Shown: piece by piece, positions 60,053-64,000 of the stretch | Position numbering within the stretch: the stretch's first letter is position 1 | Layout of the letters: each line of letters begins with the position of its first letter | Assembly (NCBI GenBank): GCA_963732385.1 | Contig: CAVSZB010000007.1 | Span: 288,001 to 352,000, forward strand | Direction: 5' to 3' | Origin: an uncultured bacterium | GTDB taxonomy: Bacteria > Krumholzibacteriota > Krumholzibacteriia > LZORAL124-64-63 | Length of the DNA stretch: 64,000 bases | The notes under the pieces: model-generated | Told to the model about the DNA's origin: nothing | Databases searched by the model: none | The model's input: the letters and a program-made list of their open reading frames with translations, nothing else | Translations under genes and position numbers: made by a program

Positions 60053-63000
60053 TCACGGACCGAACAGCACCTCGACCGCGTGCTCGCGCTGGTCGTTGAT
60101 GAGCTGCAGGGTCCCGTCCGGCAGCGGTCGACCGTCGAGCGTCAGCCGGATCGGGCCGTCGTGCGCCGGCGCCTGCGTGAACACGAGGTGGTAGAAGGTC
60201 TGGTAGTAGCGGTAGTGCAGCTTGAACTCGGTCCACGAGGCCGGAACCCGCGGCCGGAAGCGCAGCGTGTCCGCCTGCCGGTCGATGCCGAGGACGACCT
60301 CGTGCAGCAGCCGGTAGAACCAGGCCGCCGAGCCGGTGTACCAGGTCCAGCCGCCGCGGCCGGCGTGCGGGGGCTGGCTGTAGACATCCGCGGCGAGCAC
60401 GTAGGGTTCGACCTTGTAGCGCTCGACCGCCGACGGGTCGAGCGCGTGGTTGATCGGGTTCAGCAACGAAACGAGCGCCGCGGCCTGCTCGCTGCGGCCG
60501 GCCATCGCCAGGGCCAGGGCCGCCCAGACCGCGCCGTGGGTGTACTGCCCGCCGTTCTCGCGCACGCCCGGCGGGTACCCCTTGATGTAGCCGGGCTCGA
60601 GGATGGAACTGATCGAATGGCGGGGTGAGGAGCTGGACGATCTGGAGATCCTGGCGCACCAGCCGGTCCCACATGGAATCGAGCGCCAGCCGGCGGCGCT
60701 CGGGAGTCGCCGACGCCGGCGATCGTGGCCCAGCTCTGGGGCAGCGAGTCGATCCGGCATTCCGCGTTCGCGCGCCGAGCCCAGGGGCTCGCCGTCGTCG
60801 AACCAGGCGCGACGGTACCACTGGCCGTCCCAGGCGTGCTCCTCGATCCGGGCCGCCAGTTCGCTGGCGGCGGCCAGGCAGTCGACGGCGAAGGCCGCGT
60901 CCCCGCGCCGCCGAGCCAGGGGAGCGAACTGCGACAGCACTTCGTGCAGGAAGAACCCCAGCCAGACGCTCTCTCCCCGCCCGAGATGACCGACCCGGTT
61001 CATGCCGTCGTTCCAGTCCCCGCCGCCCATCAGCGGCAGGCCGTGGCTCCCGAACTCAAGGCCGTTGCGGATGGCCCGCGTGCAGTGCTCGTACAGGCTT
61101 CCGGTCTGATCGGAGCGGCCCGGCAGGTCGTAGTAGCTCTCCTCGCGGTCGTTGAGCGCCCGGCCGGTCAGGAACGGGATCTGCTCGTCGAGCACGCCGG
61201 TGTCGCCGGTGAAGGCCACGTACCGGGCGACGGCGTACGGCAGCCACAGGTAGTCGTCCGAGCAGCGGGTGCGCACGCCGCGTCCGGCCGGCGGGTGCCA
61301 CCAGTGCTGCACGTCCCCCTCGACGAACTGCCGCCCGGCGCAGCGCAGGAGATGCTGCGCGGCACAGGTCGGGCGCCTCGTGCAGGAGGGCCACGCAGTC
61401 CTGCAGCTGATCGCGGAAGCCGTAGGCTCCGCCCGACTGGTAGAAGCCGCTGCGGCCCCACATGCGGCAGGACAGCACCTGGTACGGCAGCCAGCCGTTC
61501 ATCAGCACGTTCAGGGCGGCGTCCGGCGTCTCGGCGTGGAGCACGCCCGAGCTTCTCATTCCAGAACCGCCAGACCTCCTCCAGCGCGACGCGCGCGGCC
61601 CCGACGCCCCGGTGGCCCTGGATCAGCGCGATCGCCTCCGCGGTGCTCGTCGCCGGCGCCGAGGATGAAGACGATCTCCCGCTCCGCCCCCGCGGCGCAG
61701 CTCCAGCCGCGCCTGCATCGCGGCGCAGGGGTCCAGGCCCGGACCCAGCCGCCCGCTCAGCCGCCGCAGGCGCAGCGCCGCCGGGCTCGACGGGTCGCCA
61801 TTGCGGCCGAGGATCTCGGTGCGGTCGCCGCTGACGCTGCGCACGGTCTCGCTGCAGTCGAAGAAGGCCACGGCGCCGGCGAACTCGCCGTTGTAGCTGT
61901 TGCGGGCGAGAATCGCGCCGGTCAGCGGCTCGAGCTCGGTCACGACGTGCATGGCCTGCCGGGAGCGCAGGTCGCCGAGCACCAGGTCGACGGAGGCGAG
62001 GACGCTGACGGTGCGGCTGCGCGCGCTCTGGTTCCTTGATCTTCAACGCCAGGAACTTCACCGGCGCGGCGACCGCCACGTAGGTCGTCAGCTCCGTCTC
62101 CAGCCCGTCCTCGCGCGTGCTCGAAGATGCTGTACCCGAAGCCGTGCCGGCAGGCGTAGGCCGTGTCGCCGGCGCGCGGCCAGGGCATCGGGCTGAAGAA
62201 CCGCCCGCTCGATTCGTCGCGAACGTAGATGACCTCGCCGCTCGGATCGCTGACGGCGTCGTTGCTCCACGGCGTCAGCCGGCAGAGCTGGGCATTGCCG
62301 TACCAGGTGTAGGCGCTGCCGCTCTCGCTGACCACGGTGCCGAGCCGCGGGTTGGCGATGACGTTCACCCAGGGCAGCGGGCGTGTGGCGGCCCGGCGGC
62401 AGGTCGACGATGTACTCGCGCCCGTCCCGCGTGAAGCCGCCGGTGCCGTTGGCGAAGATCAGGTCGTCGCGCGGGCGTCGAGCGTCGCGGCCTCTCCTGC
62501 CGGCGGCGCGCATCTGGCGGGCCGGGGCCAGCAGCGAGGCCCGCGGCGGCAGCGTCGCCCGCTGCCAGCGGTCCAGCTGCTGGTCGAGCGGGCCGTCGAC
62601 ATCCCGGATGACGATCCGTGCCACCGCCTGGAGCAGCACGCGGTCCTCCTCGGGGAAGCTGTCGATGTGCCGCACGAACACGCCGCCCGGCTTGTCCACC
62701 AGCTGGGCCTCGGTGCCCGCGGCGATGAGCCCCAGGATCTGGTCGTTGAGCACGCGCCGGTAGCCCGAGGCGTCCTCGTTCCAGATCACCAGGTCGGTCG
62801 ACAGGCCGCGCATCCGCCAGTAGGCGTGCGCCCGGAGCAGGTCGCGCACCAGGTGCAGGTTGTCGGCGTCGCTCACGCGCAGCAGCACGATCGGCAGATC
62901 GCCCGAGATCGCGTACCCCCAGAGGCCCGACTGACCCTTGCGGTTGCGGCGCAGGATGCTGCCCGGGGCCCGGTAGGCGCTGACCGGGAAGATCACGGCG

Positions 63001-64000
63001 GACGCCAGCTGCCCGTAGCATCTGGGCCTCGGCCTCGCTGACCCCCAGGTGGCCCAGAACGGCGCGGCTGTGGGTCGCCGCGACCTCGAACACGCGGTCG
63101 GCCATCCGGTGGTCCTGGTACTTCGACATCAGCGCCAGTCGCGGCCTCGCGCGTCGGCGCGGCGCCGATGATCAGGTCGAGCTGCGCGGTGCCGTCGACC
63201 GCCAGCTCCACCGTGCGCCGCAGCGCCACGCAGGGGTCCAGCACGGCCCCGGCCGTTCCGGACAGCGGGCCCCAGTCGTCGAGCGCGGCGGGCTGACGCG
63301 CGCTGCGGCCCCGGCCGATGAAACGCGCCCGGTCCGTCTCGTAGCTGCACGCGCCCGATTCCGTCGCCTGCCGCCAGCAGCATGCAGAACATCCAGGGGG
63401 GCTGCTCCTCCGCCGAGCGCGGCCGGCGCGTCAGGAGAATGGCGCTGTGGTCCGGCGCGAGCTCCGCCTGCACGAACAGGTTGCTGAACGCCCGGTGCAG
63501 CTCGTCGGTCACGCCCGGCGCCAGCACGACCTCCGCGTAGCTGGTGACCAGCAGCGAGCGGGCGGTTGCCGACGCGGTTGGTCAGCCTGATGCGGCGGAT
63601 CTCGAGATCGTCCTCCGTCGAGACCGCGATCTCGGTGTGCGTCTCCACCCGATCGTCCTGGCGCCGGAACTCCGCCCGCCCCGCCGTGAAGATCGCCTCG
63701 TACTGCCGGCCGGCGCGCAGCGTCGGCTGGAACGCGTTCGACCACCCGTGGCGCGTCTGCCGATCGCCGATGAAGACAGAAGACGCCGAACGACTCGGAG
63801 GTGGGGTCCTCGCGCCAGCGGGTGATCGCCAGGTCGTTCCAGCGGCTGTAGCCGGCGCCCGCGGCCGACACCATCACGTGGTAACGGCCGTTGGAGAGCA
63901 GTTGCACCTCCGGACTCGGCGTGTTCGGGTTGGTGAAGACGCGCAGGTGCGACGGCGCGGCACGTCCCGCGACCCGGCGCGAGGCCTGCGCCTCGCGCAC
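60053..64000 (-). pseudogene. Cyclic beta-1,2-glucan synthase / GH94 phosphorylase (NdvB/Cgs C-terminal part), multiply frameshifted, 5' partial
   Basis: Family motifs spread over different frames: 'LLSNGRYHVM', 'LWGYAISGDLPI', '[16 protein letters not shown]', 'GDWNDGMN', '[15 protein letters not shown]', '[10 protein letters not shown]'. May be sequencing error rather than a real pseudogene. Confidence 0.75.

Overview
GC-rich bacterial chromosomal core region. Gene content (LptE, Wza, DUF4837, rny, diderm-type DnaK) suggests a diderm bacterium, possibly of the FCB group; this is inference only. The window spans the replication terminus: a near-perfect XerCD dif site lies at 46677-46704, and genes run mostly on + before it and mostly on - after it. 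From left to right it holds an ECF sigma/anti-sigma envelope cluster, an orphan ParA, inositol-3-phosphate synthase, polysaccharide genes, a solo dnaK, an RpoD-family sigma, thrS-infC-rpmI-rplT-pheST-zapB-zapA-6S RNA-rny-folD-ispA-dxs-nadK-recN, a sigma54-type promoter ahead of a diguanylate cyclase/polysaccharide operon, and lptE-holA-trxA. On the - strand are DUF512-der-plsY-gpsA-MerR, surE-pcm, a LysM/M23 peptidase, apt, an ABC-F protein and a heavily frameshifted cyclic beta-1,2-glucan synthase/GH94 gene. Eight tRNAs are present. No CRISPR array, transposase or integrase was seen. The best novelty candidate is an unannotated, promoter-bearing, highly structured ~230-nt RNA with a possible pseudoknot at ~48049-48280. 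Family assignments are by eye from motifs; no searches were run.
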